This document shows positions 37,756-49,680 of a stretch of 64,000 nucleotides of DNA, piece by piece. Origin of the DNA: Mustelus asterias. Lineage: Eukaryota. The notes beneath the pieces were generated by a model. That model saw nothing but the letters and a program-made list of their open reading frames with translations, was not told where the DNA came from and did not search any database. Where the stretch lies: contig NC_135808.1 in assembly GCF_964213995.1 (NCBI RefSeq), positions 558,001 to 622,000 of the forward strand. Direction: 5' to 3'. Positions within the stretch are counted from its first letter, which is position 1. Every line of letters starts with the position of its first letter. The position numbers were made by a program, and so were the translations under genes.

Positions 37756-39096
37756 ATAGACGTTGACTTCAGTCTACGTTGGACTATGTTGTCAAATGGC
37801 CACTTGTGCTGGATTTAATTCTATATCAAAAAATGAAATTAGCGGGGGGGGGATACGGAGCTCACATTGAGTTGCAACCCCGGTCTTTATTCTCTCTAAT
37901 CACGAATTTCCACCCACAGCTTAAAGAAACCTCACTGCAGGCTTGGTCTGGGCATGGTTCCCACTGGGTAGTTTAAGAATTAAATGACTGGTGAATCTAA
38001 ACTGGAATCCCTTTAAGATCCAGAAACTGTTTTTAAAAACCAGCCAAATCCAAGGATTTCTTCTTCCAATAAAGGACATTTTTTGGATTTGATTTATTAT
38101 TGTCACATGCTTTGGGATACAGTGGAAAGTATTGTTTCTTGCGCGCTATACAGACAAAGCATACAGCCCACATAGTACTTAGGGGAGAAGGAAAGCAACA
38201 GGTGCAGAATGTAGTGTTACAGTCATAGCTAGGGTGTAGAGAAAGATCAGCTTAATGAGAGGTAGGTCCATTCAAAAGTCTCATGGCAACAGGGGAAAAG
38301 TTGTTCTTGAGTCAGTTGGTACGTATTCTAAGACTTCTTGTGTCTTTTTCCCGATGGAAGAAGGTGGGAGAGGGTATGGGGGATTTTATGGCCTTGCGCA
38401 ACCTGAGACTGGAAAATCCCGCCCGAGGTGAATGGACCTTCCCTTTGCCCACCCCTCACCACTCCATTGCCACGACGGACAGGGCGGTAGAATTCCTACG
38501 TCTACTCGGCGTGCATGGGGTCCTGGACTATGTTGGCTGCTTTTCAAAGGCAGCAGGAAGTGTTGCTGGAATCGATGTACGGGAGGTTGCTTTGTGTGAT
38601 GGACTGTGTCATCTATTTACTTATTGAGCCCACGCGGAGAGGTTAACCTAATTTTGCCAGACTCTTCACTAAACTATGGTTGGGAAAATTCTGTAAGCAC
38701 CAGGGTGATTTCCATTGTTGAAACCTCTCCTCTCCGTATGAACTAAATTGCAGCGGTGAGAAACCGAGAATGTTAGGGTCAGATACTTGGCGCTTTCATT
38801 CTCAATCAAATGAGTGCTGAAATAAAAACAGAAAATGCTGGGGAAAAGCCAGCGGGTCTGCCAGCGTCTGTGACTCCTAGGAAGAGTCATACATTAACCC
38901 TGATTCTCTCCTAGATTCACAGAATTGTTACAGTGCAGACAGACGCTGTTTGGCCCATCATGTCTGCACCAGCTCTTCAATCGAACACCATGGCTTAGTG
39001 CCATTCTCCTGCCCTTTTCCCCATACCCTGCACGTTGTTCATATTCAAATAATTATCTCATACCTTCCTGAATGCCTTGATTCAATCTGCTTCCAA

Positions 39097-39770
39097 CACA
39101 TTCTCAGACAGTACATTCCAGATCCTAACCACTCACTGTGTGAATCTGTCTCCACCGCACTCTCAGACAGTACATTCCAGATCCTAACCACTCACTGTGT
39201 GAATCTGTCTCCACCATACTCTCAGACAGTGCGTTCCAGATCCTAGCCACTCACTGTGTGAATCTGTCTCCACCACACTCTCGAACAGTAGATTCTAGAT
39301 CCTAACCACACGCTGTGTGAATCTGTCTCCACCATACTCTCAGACAGTGCGTTCCAGATCCTGTCCAGTTGCTGTGTAAATCTGTCTCCACCACACTTTC
39401 AGACAGTGCATTCCACATCCTATTCACTCACTGTGTGAATCTGTCTCCACCACACTCTCAGACAGTACATTCCAGATCCTAACCACTCACTGTGTGAATC
39501 TGTCTCCACCACACTCTCAGACAGTACATTCCAGATCCTAACCACTCGCTGTGTGGATCTGTCTTCACCACACTCTCAGACAGTACATTCCAGATCCTAA
39601 CCACTCACTGTGTGAATCTGTCTCCACCACACTCTCAGACAGTACATTCCAGATCCTAACCACTCGCTGTGTGAATCTGTCTCCACCACGCTCTCAGACA
39701 GTACATTCCAGATCCTAACCACTCGCTGTGTGAATCTGTCTCCACCACTCTCAGACAGTGCATTCCAGAT
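39097..39770 (-). repeat. Minisatellite, about 11.5 units of 59 bp; same CR1-derived unit as 2315-2660 in inverted orientation
   Basis: GATCCTAACC-like anchor at 39121, 39180, 39239, 39298 ... 39711 with 59-bp period. Confidence 0.95.
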
Positions 39771-40269
39771 GCTGGATTCAGAGACCAGGGGTGCTCACCA
39801 CTACACCACAGAACCCAACACCATGTTGAAGGTGAAAGCATCTGGAGAAGTAAAGGTTGCAAGGCACAAATTTTAAACCAGTTCAGGTTCTTGATGAGAA
39901 TTAAGGATACTAGGAGGCTGCATAATGAATTATGAGTCAATTACTGAAGGATATGGTGCAGGGCAGAAAGGTTCGAGGATGGTCTCCTTTGATACCCAGG
40001 AGTGACAAGGCAGGAATGAATATTACAATAGTTTCAACTATAGAGAGAAACCCCAAAATAGTTATCGCCAAAGAGGAAGCTGTGATGCAATAATGAATAC
40101 CTATACAAGGCCAACATTTTGTTTGAAATTGTAATTGCGTGAGATTTTCATGAAAACAATGAGAATGGAGCAACCAAGGATGAACGCTGGATTGCTCTTT
40201 TCAAGTGCTGTGCAATAAGGCAGGTAAACCATCCACTCTAAAATTCATACAATAACAATGATGTCTTCT

Positions 40270-41540
40270 TTTTATTCATTCAAGGGATTTGGGCATCATT
40301 GGCTAGGATAGCATTCAAAGCCCATTCCTAATTGCTCTTGAAGGTGGTGGTGAGATTCCTTCTGATGCAATCCACATGATGTGGATACAGCCACAGTGCT
40401 GTTAGGATTTTGATCCAGTGACAGTGAAGGAACAGCCGATATATTTCCAAGTCAGGATGGTGAGTAACTTGGAGGGGAATCTCCAAGTGGTGGTGTTCCC
40501 ATGTATCTGCTGCCCTTGTCCTTCCAGAGGTTGTGGTTGTGGGTTTGAAAGTGGCTGCCTTAGGCGCCTTGGTGATTCCCTATGCCTGTTACTGTGCGTC
40601 GGTGGTGGAGGGAGTGAATGTTTGTGGATGGGATCCAATCAAGCGGGGCTGCTTTGTCCTGGATGGTGTTGAGCTTCTTGAATGTTGTTGGAGCTGCACT
40701 CATCCAGGCAAATGGGTAATATTCCATCACACTCCTGACTTGTGCCTTGTAGATGGTGGACAGGCTTTGGGGAATCAGGAGGTGAGTTACTCTCCGCAGC
40801 ATTCCGAGCCTCTGACCTGGTCTAGTAGCAAGGAGTCTAACAACACCAGGTTGTTGTTACCAAACCTGGTGTTGTTAGACTCCTTACTGTGTTTACCCCA
40901 GTCCAACGCCGGCATTTCCACATACTGATCTAGTAGCCACAGTATTGATATGGCTGTGTCCAGTTCAGTTTCTGGTCAATGGTAACCCCCCAGGATGTTG
41001 ACAATAGGGGATTCAGTGATGGTAATGCCATTGAATGTCAAAGGGTGATGGTTAGTGTCATAATTCCTGTTGTTAAATTCTGTCTAGAATAAAGATGGTC
41101 AGTGCTTGACACTTCTGTGGCGCGAATGTTACTTATCACTTGTCAGCCCAAGTCTGGATATTGTCCAGATCTTGCTGCATTTGAACATGAACTGCTTCAG
41201 TATCTGAGGAGTCGCGAATGGTGCTGAACATTGTGCTGTGTTGTGGGAAATTCTTCTAGGTGGCCTGATTAATTTAAAGACTAAATCTTTTCATTAAACA
41301 TTTATTTTCACAAAGGCAAAAAAAATTATTCAGTTCAATGAAATTCTAGTCTTATTAAAACATTGAAATGTTAGATATTGGCCCAATCTTGCTCCATTTG
41401 GACATGGACTGCTTCAGTATCTGAGGAGTCGCGAATGGTGCTGAGCATTGTTTTGTCATTGGCGAATATCCCCACTTGTGACTTTATGATAGAAGGAAGG
41501 TCTGGTTGGGCCGAGGACAGTACCCTGAGGAACTCCTTAT
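40270..41540 (-). mobile_element. Second LINE family (CR1/L2 group) 3' region; related pieces ~42505-43130+, 57690-58360, 63570-63767+
   Basis: LSTIYKAQVRSVMEYYPFAWMSAAPTT..KLNTIQDKAA; 3' tail shared with the second SINE family. Confidence 0.75.
40830..40924 (+). mobile_element. Short PLE 3' tail insertion with 5' inversion
   Basis: Inverted arms 40830-40852 and 40863-40885; near-perfect TSD CTG(G/A)TCTAGTAGC at 40817-40829 and 40925-40937; end CCAGTCCAACGCCGGCATTTCCACAT. Confidence 0.75.
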
Positions 41541-41869
41541 AAATCGTATAACAACATAAGTATCCTGAGTGTGAAGAGAATTCTTGGCCACCAAACAGCA
41601 GTTAAGAGATGTGTGTTAGTTTTGCAGTTAACATTTTTGGCAGTGCCAGTTCTAAAAACTAAATCTCAAATTCCAATCGTTACTAAAGGTGGACCTGAAC
41701 TTCGCTTTAAAATATGGATTTACGTTGTTGATGATGCGTCAGAATTCTTTACAAGAATGATCCGTTTTACTTTCACCTTGTTGTTGTGTTTTTTAACTAT
41801 AAAGCAACAGTTTTTGTTTAACTATAAGCGCTCATTCTGCTCACTCCTAAATTTGGATACATTCAGTTG

Positions 41870-41955
41870 AGGCGGGAAGGCGAGAATCGCGGATGTCACC
41901 TGACTCCGCCCCACTTCTGATCTTCACCGAGGTCCGCTGAGATTATATAAAAGGG
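41870..41955 (+). promoter_or_regulatory. H4 promoter
   Basis: GC box TGACTCCGCCCC 41901-41912, H4 site II-like GGTCCG 41931-41936, TATATAAA ~41944-41951. Confidence 0.8.
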
Positions 41956-41985
41956 CGTCGGCAAGCGTTCTGCTGTCACTGTTGA

Positions 41986-42315
<330 letters not shown>

Positions 42316-45038
42316 AAACTTAAGGGAAAATATTTCACTGGAAAGGCTCTTTTAAGAGCCACTAATCCTTTTTACGAAAGACATGTACCTTTAATAATCC
42401 TTTATCGTGTTGGTTGGAGGACAGCTTCAATCAAACTAACCAGTTTACTTTACAGTTGCGCGTCATTTAGAAAAATTAAAATATAGCGTTTTGCACATGT
42501 GAATTGGGCTGGACAGAATTGTGCTCAACCACAATCTAACCTTACGGCCCAGCATATATCCCACTCTACCATTACCAAGCCAGTGGATTATGCCCTGGTT
42601 CAGTGCAGGAGCAGCACCCAGGCGCAGCTTTAAAAAAACGAGGTGTCAACCTGGTGAAGCTTCAACACAGGACTACTTGCATGCCAAGCAACACAGGCAG
42701 CAAAGTTTAAACGTAGCTAAGCAATTCCACAACTAAAGGATTAGATCTGAGCTCTGCAGTCCTGCCATATCCAGCCATGAATGAGGGTGGAAGACTAAGT
42801 TCACTTTGGGGGGAGGTGCCAAAAATAGCCCCATCCTCAATGATGCTGGAGCCCAATACATCAGTGCCAAACGTAAGGCTGAAGCATTCACAGCAATGTT
42901 CAGCCAGAGGTGCCGAGTGGATGATCCATCTCGGCTTCCTCCGGAGGTCCCGAGCATCTCAATGTCAGCATTCAGCCAATTCAGTTCACTCCATGTGGTA
43001 TCAAGAAATGGCTGAAAGCACTGGATACCGCAGAGGCAATGAACCCTGACAATATTCCAGCAATAGTACTGAAGATGTGTTCCAGAACTTGCCACGCCCC
43101 TAGACAAGCTCTTCCAGTACAACACTGACACCTACCTTTCCGTGCGAGGCCAAGCTGCCTGTGCAGCCTGACAATTCGCTCTGAATTCAGCTGCAAGGAG
43201 CCGAGATGCCCCAAGGTTCAACTGCAGCAGGCAAGGAACATGCAGAGAGTTGAAAGAATGGTATAGAACAATGAAGACAAGAAAGAGACCACGGGTGAAA
43301 GGATTTCCAATATCGGATACGGGCAACTCCTAAAGAGGAACAGAGAAATAGCCGAATATCTTGGGGAAAACAAACCTAGTATCATTGGCAAGTAATCTCG
43401 ATCCAGTTCTAGAATCAAGTCACCAATTGGTTATTTTGTGCCCCATCCAAGTCGGATGTTGTAATTTTTTGGGGGGTTAGTGCCAGTTAACTATGGCTGG
43501 GTTAAATTGATCCTTGAACCATCTCAGCTGATTTTTAAAAATTCTTTACTGGATGTGGGCATTGCTGGCTGGGCCCAGCATTTATTGCCCAGCCCTATCC
43601 CAGACCACCCTCCATTTCAGAGGGAATGTGAGAGTCAACCACATTGTTGTGGCTCTGGATTTACATGTAGGCCAGACTGGGTAAGGACGACAGATTTCCT
43701 TTCCTAAAGGACATTAGTGAACCAGATGGGTTTTTCTGACAATCGACAATGGTTTCATGGTTTAATTCCAGATTTTTATTGAATTCCAATTTCACCATCT
43801 GCCATGATAAAATAAGTAATTGCAGCACAGAAGGTGGCTATTCGGCCCATCAGGTCCATGCCGGCTCCAGTGATTGAGCGATCCAGTCAATCAGTCATGG
43901 TCTCCATTTCCATTGAGCAGTGAGTTCCAAGTCATTCCTATTCTCCACATTCTTCCTCATATTGCCTCTCCCTCTAGCCCAAATCTTTAGCCAAAAATCT
44001 CACAGATGTATTCTCAAATACCATCAGCTGATTAAAACCAGATTTTCTCGTCTAGCTGACCTAAACCTGCCGTAATCTTGTCCATCTCTATCAAATTTCC
44101 CTTTCCATCTCCTTCACTCTGGGGAAAACAACTCCAGATTCTCCAACCCTAATCTTGTAAGTAAAATCCCCTCATCCCTGGAACCGTTCTGGTGAATCTC
44201 CTTCTCCTGGAGCCTCACATCCTCCCTCCAGGCCCTGGCGCAATACTCTAGTTGGCACCTAACCGGTGTCTTTATGAAGATTCAGCATAACTTCTCTCTT
44301 TTTGTCCTCAAAGAAGCCCAATATCCTATCCGCTCTGCCATTAGGTCTGTTCAGAACTGTTGGCAATGAGTCTACATCGTCTCTGCTGATCCTGCATCGC
44401 CTCATTTCTCTCTGTTCAATTCCACCTGTCTACCCAGCCTAAGAGCCTCTCCGAGTTCCTGTTATACACGATTAGTCTCATGGTCAGTGTTTATCTCTCC
44501 TCCGAGTTTGGCAACTTTTACTTTACAATTCATTCAGGAAAAAAAAGAAACCAGTTAGTGGGGAAAATCCCCGCTTTGTTTTGCGCGTTAAGTGGCCACG
44601 GTAGGCAAAGCCCTCCCGTCCATTGACGTCAATCCCCATGTCACAACCCCTCTCTGTAACTCAGCTCACAGACTCAACCGGGACCTTCCAGGTTCCACAG
44701 GACCCTCGGGAAGGCCGAAACCTGGTCGACTTCCTCCTGCGGCCTCCCATCGACTTGCCACCGGTTCGTTCCCGCCAAAAAGAAAATAGCGGGAAGTCGC
44801 GCAATTTGTGGGGGGGGGGGGGAGGGAGAACAACTGAGCATGCGCGGCGGGGTCTATCCGGGGCGGAGTCAGCCTCGTGCCGCTGCCGCCCGGGGCAGAC
44901 GGGGGGGGGGGGCGAGGGGGGCTGCCCCCAGGTCCGCACCGGGGCTTTAAATAGCGCCGAGGCAGGTGGGCCGTCTTCACATTGCAGCTGCGGCTGCCGG
45001 AGGGAGCGGAGGAAGTTTGATTGATTATTAACCCGCAC

Positions 45039-45749
45039 ATGGCGGACGTTGAATCCGTGGACATGGATTTCCCTGCTCCGGCGGTCTCTCCGCCGCCTCC
45101 CCCACCCCGCCCACTACCACCTCCAGACGTGAATGAGGCGGTGGACTTCGCGGTGGCGGTGAAGAAAAAACGGCGGCCGTATCGCCACAAAAAGTTCGGT
45201 TGCACGGTGGCTGAACACATAATGAAGGCGGTGGCAGCCACCAAGGAGCGACGGGGCCTCTCGGTGGCCGCTATGAAGAAGATGTTGTCGGCCAGCGGTT
45301 GTAAACAGCGCCGCAGCAAGTCGCGGGTCACCCAGCCCGTTCGCAGCTTCCTCAAACGGGATTCGCTGGTCAAAGCGCCTGGCAGTCTCGCTGCCTCCAC
45401 CAGGCTGGGCGACGCCACAGGAAAACTGGGCATCGAAGCAAAGAAAGGCGAAGGGTCGACCGTGGTCTCTGTCTTTGAAACCAGGCGGAACCGCAGGAGG
45501 AAGGCGGCCCCCCACCCAAAGAGGGCGGTCAAAAGGCAGCGCAAGCCAGCCAGGAGAAAGTCGCTGAAAAGTAAAAGGTGGGCGGGACGGAGCAACAAAA
45601 GGCCGAACTTCCGAAAGGCCTCCCCGATCAGGAGGTCGGCCAGTGTCAATCCGGTCTGCCGGCCGCAGGAAGAGTCCAATACCCCTAACCCCGTGGCGCG
45701 AAGTGGAGAATCGACCTGTGGAGAAAACTGCTCTTCTCAGAGCCACTAA
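45039..45749 (+). CDS. Divergent histone H1-like protein 'H1b' (236 aa): Pro-rich N-terminus, divergent winged-helix, Arg-rich tail, 5 Cys
   Basis: TVAEHIMKAVAATKERRGLSVAAMKKMLSASG...SRVTQPVRSFLKRDSLVK matches H1 globular helices 1-3; GC box 44860-44871; TTTAAATA 44946-44953. Confidence 0.75.
   Translation: MADVESVDMDFPAPAVSPPPPPPRPLPPPDVNEAVDFAVAVKKKRRPYRHKKFGCTVAEHIMKAVAATKERRGLSVAAMKKMLSASGCKQRRSKSRVTQPVRSFLKRDSLVKAPGSLAASTRLGDATGKLGIEAKKGEGSTVVSVFETRRNRRRKAAPHPKRAVKRQRKPARRKSLKSKRWAGRSNKRPNFRKASPIRRSASVNPVCRPQEESNTPNPVARSGESTCGENCSSQSH
45729..45744 (+). promoter_or_regulatory. Degenerate histone stem-loop inside the H1b CDS
   Basis: TGCTCT-TCTC-AGAGCC followed by ACTAA (stop TAA 45747-45749); AATAAA at 45828-45833 and 45912-45917. 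Confidence 0.8.
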
Positions 45750-46906
45750 ATATCAGTAAAAAGGGGCCAGATCGATTCAGACTAAAAAGATATAGTTAAT
45801 GTAACGTTGAAAGAAAAGTTTTGATTTAATAAAGTGAAAGTTAAGACGTAACTAGTATTATTTATTTGGCTGTTTTGGGTTTTTATATAGTTAACTGGAT
45901 GTAAGTGATTTAATAAAGGATTAAAGACGTACACGTTTTTTATGCAGTAAATATACAAAACCAAATGTCCGACCCTGGAAAATGGGTTAAAATGTTTGAT
46001 AAAGAGCATTAAAATATACAAATCTAGGTTATACAGACCCTCAACAGACGTAAGATGCTGAAAATATTAGGATTCAATAAATTGAGAGAAGTCTTGTAGA
46101 CTGCAAATTACTGACAGTAAATTGGGCCACCAGAAGGGCGGGAACTGGTCCCAGACACTGAGTAACCTGGTGTCAGAATCATGTGTTCAAGGGAAAAAGT
46201 ATTGCTTTGTGGGGTGTTGTATGTAGGACAAGACCCCATTACAAAGCAAATTACTGCAAAATACTTAGCTGAAAAAAGCGGGTCACTGAAAAGGCCAGAT
46301 GACACTTGCTGAACGTTGCATAAAGGGAGAATTAAGATACAAGTATTTTTATTTAAGTCCTTGCACGGGTTGGCGGAAACCCGGTACAAAGCAAATTACC
46401 GCAGCTGCTGGAAACAATGGGTAACAGCGGGAGGGGACCAGGGCGTTACCAAATATCTTTGGATGCACCCGACTAAGGAAGGAGGGGTGGAGTGAGAGGG
46501 GTTTTAAGGTTTGAACTTGCAAACTGACCGGAAGCTTTCATTTTGCTAAGGCAGGGAGGAACAGGGCGCCCAGTGGGCTGCGGCTCCGAGTGGGAGGACT
46601 CGTCCGCTTTGAGTGTTAGGGAGCATGCGCGGGGTGGGTTGGGGAACACGTGCGCTGAATGGGCTCTGGAGCATCCTCCAAGTGGGTTGTGGAGCATGCG
46701 CCGAATAGGTGGGCGAACACGCGCCGGCTCCCAGTGGGAGGACTCGCGTCTATCACGTCGGCCTTGAGAGTTGAAAAAGCGCCGCCGCCGCTGCCCGTGC
46801 TGTCGTTCTGCTCCCGGCGGCAAAGAGCGCGGGAGGGAGGGACGAGGAGACGGCTGCAGTCTGGGAGGGCGGCGAAGGGAAGGTGCTAAAGGCGCCACCG
46901 CCGCAA

Positions 46907-47568
46907 ATGGCTTCGGGCGATCTGCTCGAAGGCCCCTCCCGAGGCAGAAAGCCGAGACGGCGGAGGGGCCCGCCGCCCTCCAGGGTGCGGCAAGCGGCGG
47001 GAGCGCCCACCGTGTCGGGCCACATCGTGGAGGCGGTGGCCTCTTCCCGGGGGAGCCGCAGCCAATCGCTGGCCGGCGTCAAGAAGGCGCTGTCGGCCGC
47101 CGGCTACGACGTGCCGCGGATCAACTCGCGGGTGAACCAAGCGGTGCGGAGCCTGGTCAGCGGCGGCTCGCTGCTCCAGACCGCCGGCACCGGGGCCTCC
47201 GGCTCCTTAAGGATCAACCGGCAGCATCTGGAGGGACAGAGCCGCGCCTCCGCCGCCCCCAAAGCCCAGGGGGGAGAGCGGCCGCTGGGCCCAGAGCCAA
47301 GGTGAAGAGGAGCCGGGCCCGGCTGAAGAAGAAACCGGGAGGAGGCCGGAGGAAAGGAGCCGCTGTCGGCGGCGGGCGGAGGAAAAGAGCCAAAGCCACC
47401 GGCGTCCGGAGGTTGGGCGGGCGGCTCCGGAAAGCGCGCGAGGAGCCGGCGCCTGAAGGGGATCCGGCCGCCGGGCAGGAAGGGGAAGAAGAGGCGGCAG
47501 CAACTGAGAAAGAAACCGAGGAAACAACCGGGCGGCAGGAAAGCAAAACGGTGAAGGAGGAAAAATAA
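46907..47568 (+). CDS. Histone H1 variant 'H1c' with a 1-nt frameshift (assembly error or pseudogene); 220 aa if restored
   Basis: Globular domain PTVSGHIVEAVASSRGSRSQSLAGVKKALSAAGYDV...QTAGTGASGSLRIN in one frame, which stops at 47305. Basic then acidic tail in the -1 frame to 47568. Adding one G to the G6 run at 47269-47274 fuses them. Perfect stem-loop 47591-47606 and HDE AGAAAGAG ~47621. Confidence 0.75.
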
Positions 47569-48146
47569 AGAATAAAAATAAATAACAAAAGGCTCTTTTC
47601 AGAGCCACCGACTCCCTCAGAGAAAGAGGAATAATCAGAAAATAAACCCCCAAATTCATAAAACATCCTCTAAAAATCATTGGTAATCAAACACTGGATG
47701 TTGCAAATGTGAAATAAAAATAGAAAATACTGGAAAAAGCCAACCTCGGGGGAGAAAATCTTTCCGAAAGGGTAGATTTTCCGGTCCCGCCGCAGGAGAG
47801 GGATAATCTGAAATTAAATTAGAAAATGTTGGAAACACCCAGCAAATGTCAGCATCTGGGGGAAGGGAAACTAGGTTTAATTTTTCACCAGGACTCGGGA
47901 AAGTTCATGAAGGTTTTACGCAGAGAAGATTGGGGAGGAGGGAGAGAAGTGTAGAAATGTTACAGAGGGTTTCGTGTATCCGGGAGGAGAAATGTGGAAA
48001 TGTTGCTGTTTCTCAGAGGAGCCAATTAGAAAAGGCCAGTTGCAATCCGACATTAGCATAGGGCTGTTTATATAAGAGGAGGCTGGAGTAGCTGTCTGCA
48101 TTTGGGAAGCGAGTGCACAGGAAGGGGAACATTGGAAGATCTGGCC

Positions 48147-48554
48147 ATGCCGACTGCCGCTGTCTCCACCAGTGCCACCACCGTGGGCTCCAAGGGCTCC
48201 CTGTCCAAAAAAGGCTCCAAGAAGACAGCAATGAAGATGTCCAGGAAGGGGGACAAGAAGCACCGGCGCAGCAGGAAAGAGAGTTACAGCATCTACATCT
48301 ACAAGGTGCTGAAGCAGGTCCACCCGGACACCGGCATCTCCTCCAAGGCCATGAGTGTCATCAACTCGTTCGTTAGCGACATCTTCGAGCGCATCGCCGG
48401 CGAGGCTTCCCGCCTGGTCCACTACACCCGGCGCCAGACCATCTCCTCCCGGGAGATCCAGAGCGCTGTCCGCCTCCTGCTGCCGGGAGAGCTGGCCAAG
48501 CACGCTGTCTCCGAGGGCACTAAGGCGGTCACCAAGTACACCAGCTCAAAGTAG
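48147..48554 (+). CDS. H2B: Histone H2B 'H2B-3' with extended Ser/Thr-rich N-tail (135 aa)
   Basis: [18 protein letters not shown]...[24 protein letters not shown]...KYTSSK; CCAAT 48022, ATTAGCAT 48052-48059, TTTATATAA ~48067; stem-loop GGCTCT-TCTA-AGAGCC at 48593-48608. Confidence 0.95.
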   Translation: MPTAAVSTSATTVGSKGSLSKKGSKKTAMKMSRKGDKKHRRSRKESYSIYIYKVLKQVHPDTGISSKAMSVINSFVSDIFERIAGEASRLVHYTRRQTISSREIQSAVRLLLPGELAKHAVSEGTKAVTKYTSSK

Positions 48555-48649
48555 AGGGAGAGGGTTAAACAAACTGACAACCAAAACAAAACGGCTCTTC
48601 TAAGAGCCACTTACCAATGTCTGAACAGGGAGAGCTGAATCAAACTGTT

Positions 48650-49680
48650 AACCGAGCAGAACTAAGACAGCTTCAGATTTACCAAAGCAAATCAAACTTG
48701 CAACATACCAGAACATAATATAGATTTAAAAATGCTGGATAAACTCAGCATTCTTAACACACCTTAATATTTTCCAATTTAACACAACCAAAACTTCTAA
48801 CTTAACAAGCAGCACAACTTTAGATTTAACAAAGCGAATCAAACTTGCAATCAGGACAAAATAAAACAAACAAAATTCTGGATAAACTCAGTATTTCTAG
48901 CATAACCAGAACAAATACAACACGGCAATAGAACCCGAACTTCAACTTAATGGAATCAACACAACTTTAGATTGATGAAAGCAAATCAAACTTGCAACAT
49001 AACAGGACAAAACGTAAATAACAAAAACGCTGGATAAATTCAGCATTCCTAACACAACATTCTCCAACTTAACACAACCAAAACTTCCAATTTAACAACA
49101 ACCATAATTACAGATTTAACAAAGCAAATGAAACTTGCAACATACCAGAACAAAACAAAATATAACATAAAAACAGAAAATGCTGTATAAACTCAGCATT
49201 TCTAACATGCCAGAACAATTTCCAATTTAACAATGCAACCAAAACTTCCAACTTAAAAAACCAACACAACTTCAGATTTACCAAAACTTATACAACTTCA
49301 CAACCAACATGCCAGAATAAACAAAGCTTAAAACTCTAGAAGCAACAAGTCTTCAAATTCACCAAAGTAAATGGGCAACACGCCAAGACAAAATTTATAA
49401 ATATAAACAAATGCTGGATAAACTCAGCATTTCTTACATAACCAGAACAATTTCCAACTTATCAAATAACCAAACCTTGTACAACTTAAACAAAACTTCA
49501 GATTTACCAAAGTGAATAAAACTTGCAACATACCAGGACAAAATACCACAAATAAAAACAATGTTGGATAAGTTCAGAATTTGTAACATAGCCAGAACAA
49601 TTTCCAATTTAACAATACAACAAAAACTTCCAACTTAACAGAACCAACACAGCTTCAGATTCACCAAAGCAAATAAAACG
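48650..49680. repeat. Degenerate A/C-rich tandem repeat, about 6-7 units of ~150 bp
   Basis: CTGGATAAACTCAGCATT-like motif at ~48736, 48878, 49030, 49183, 49414, 49564; recurring AGATTT..CAAAGC.AATCAAACTTGCAAC. Confidence 0.8.

Noticed and set aside
44666-45679. Long antisense ORFs over histone genes (also 7377-8114, 18728-19147, 47916-48503)
   Set aside because: Shadow ORFs of GC-rich coding sequence with no recognisable protein.
46771-47270. N-terminal part of the 265-aa ORF 46771-47568
   Set aside because: Non-ATG start and alternative frame over the H1c globular domain; only the part after the frameshift is considered real.
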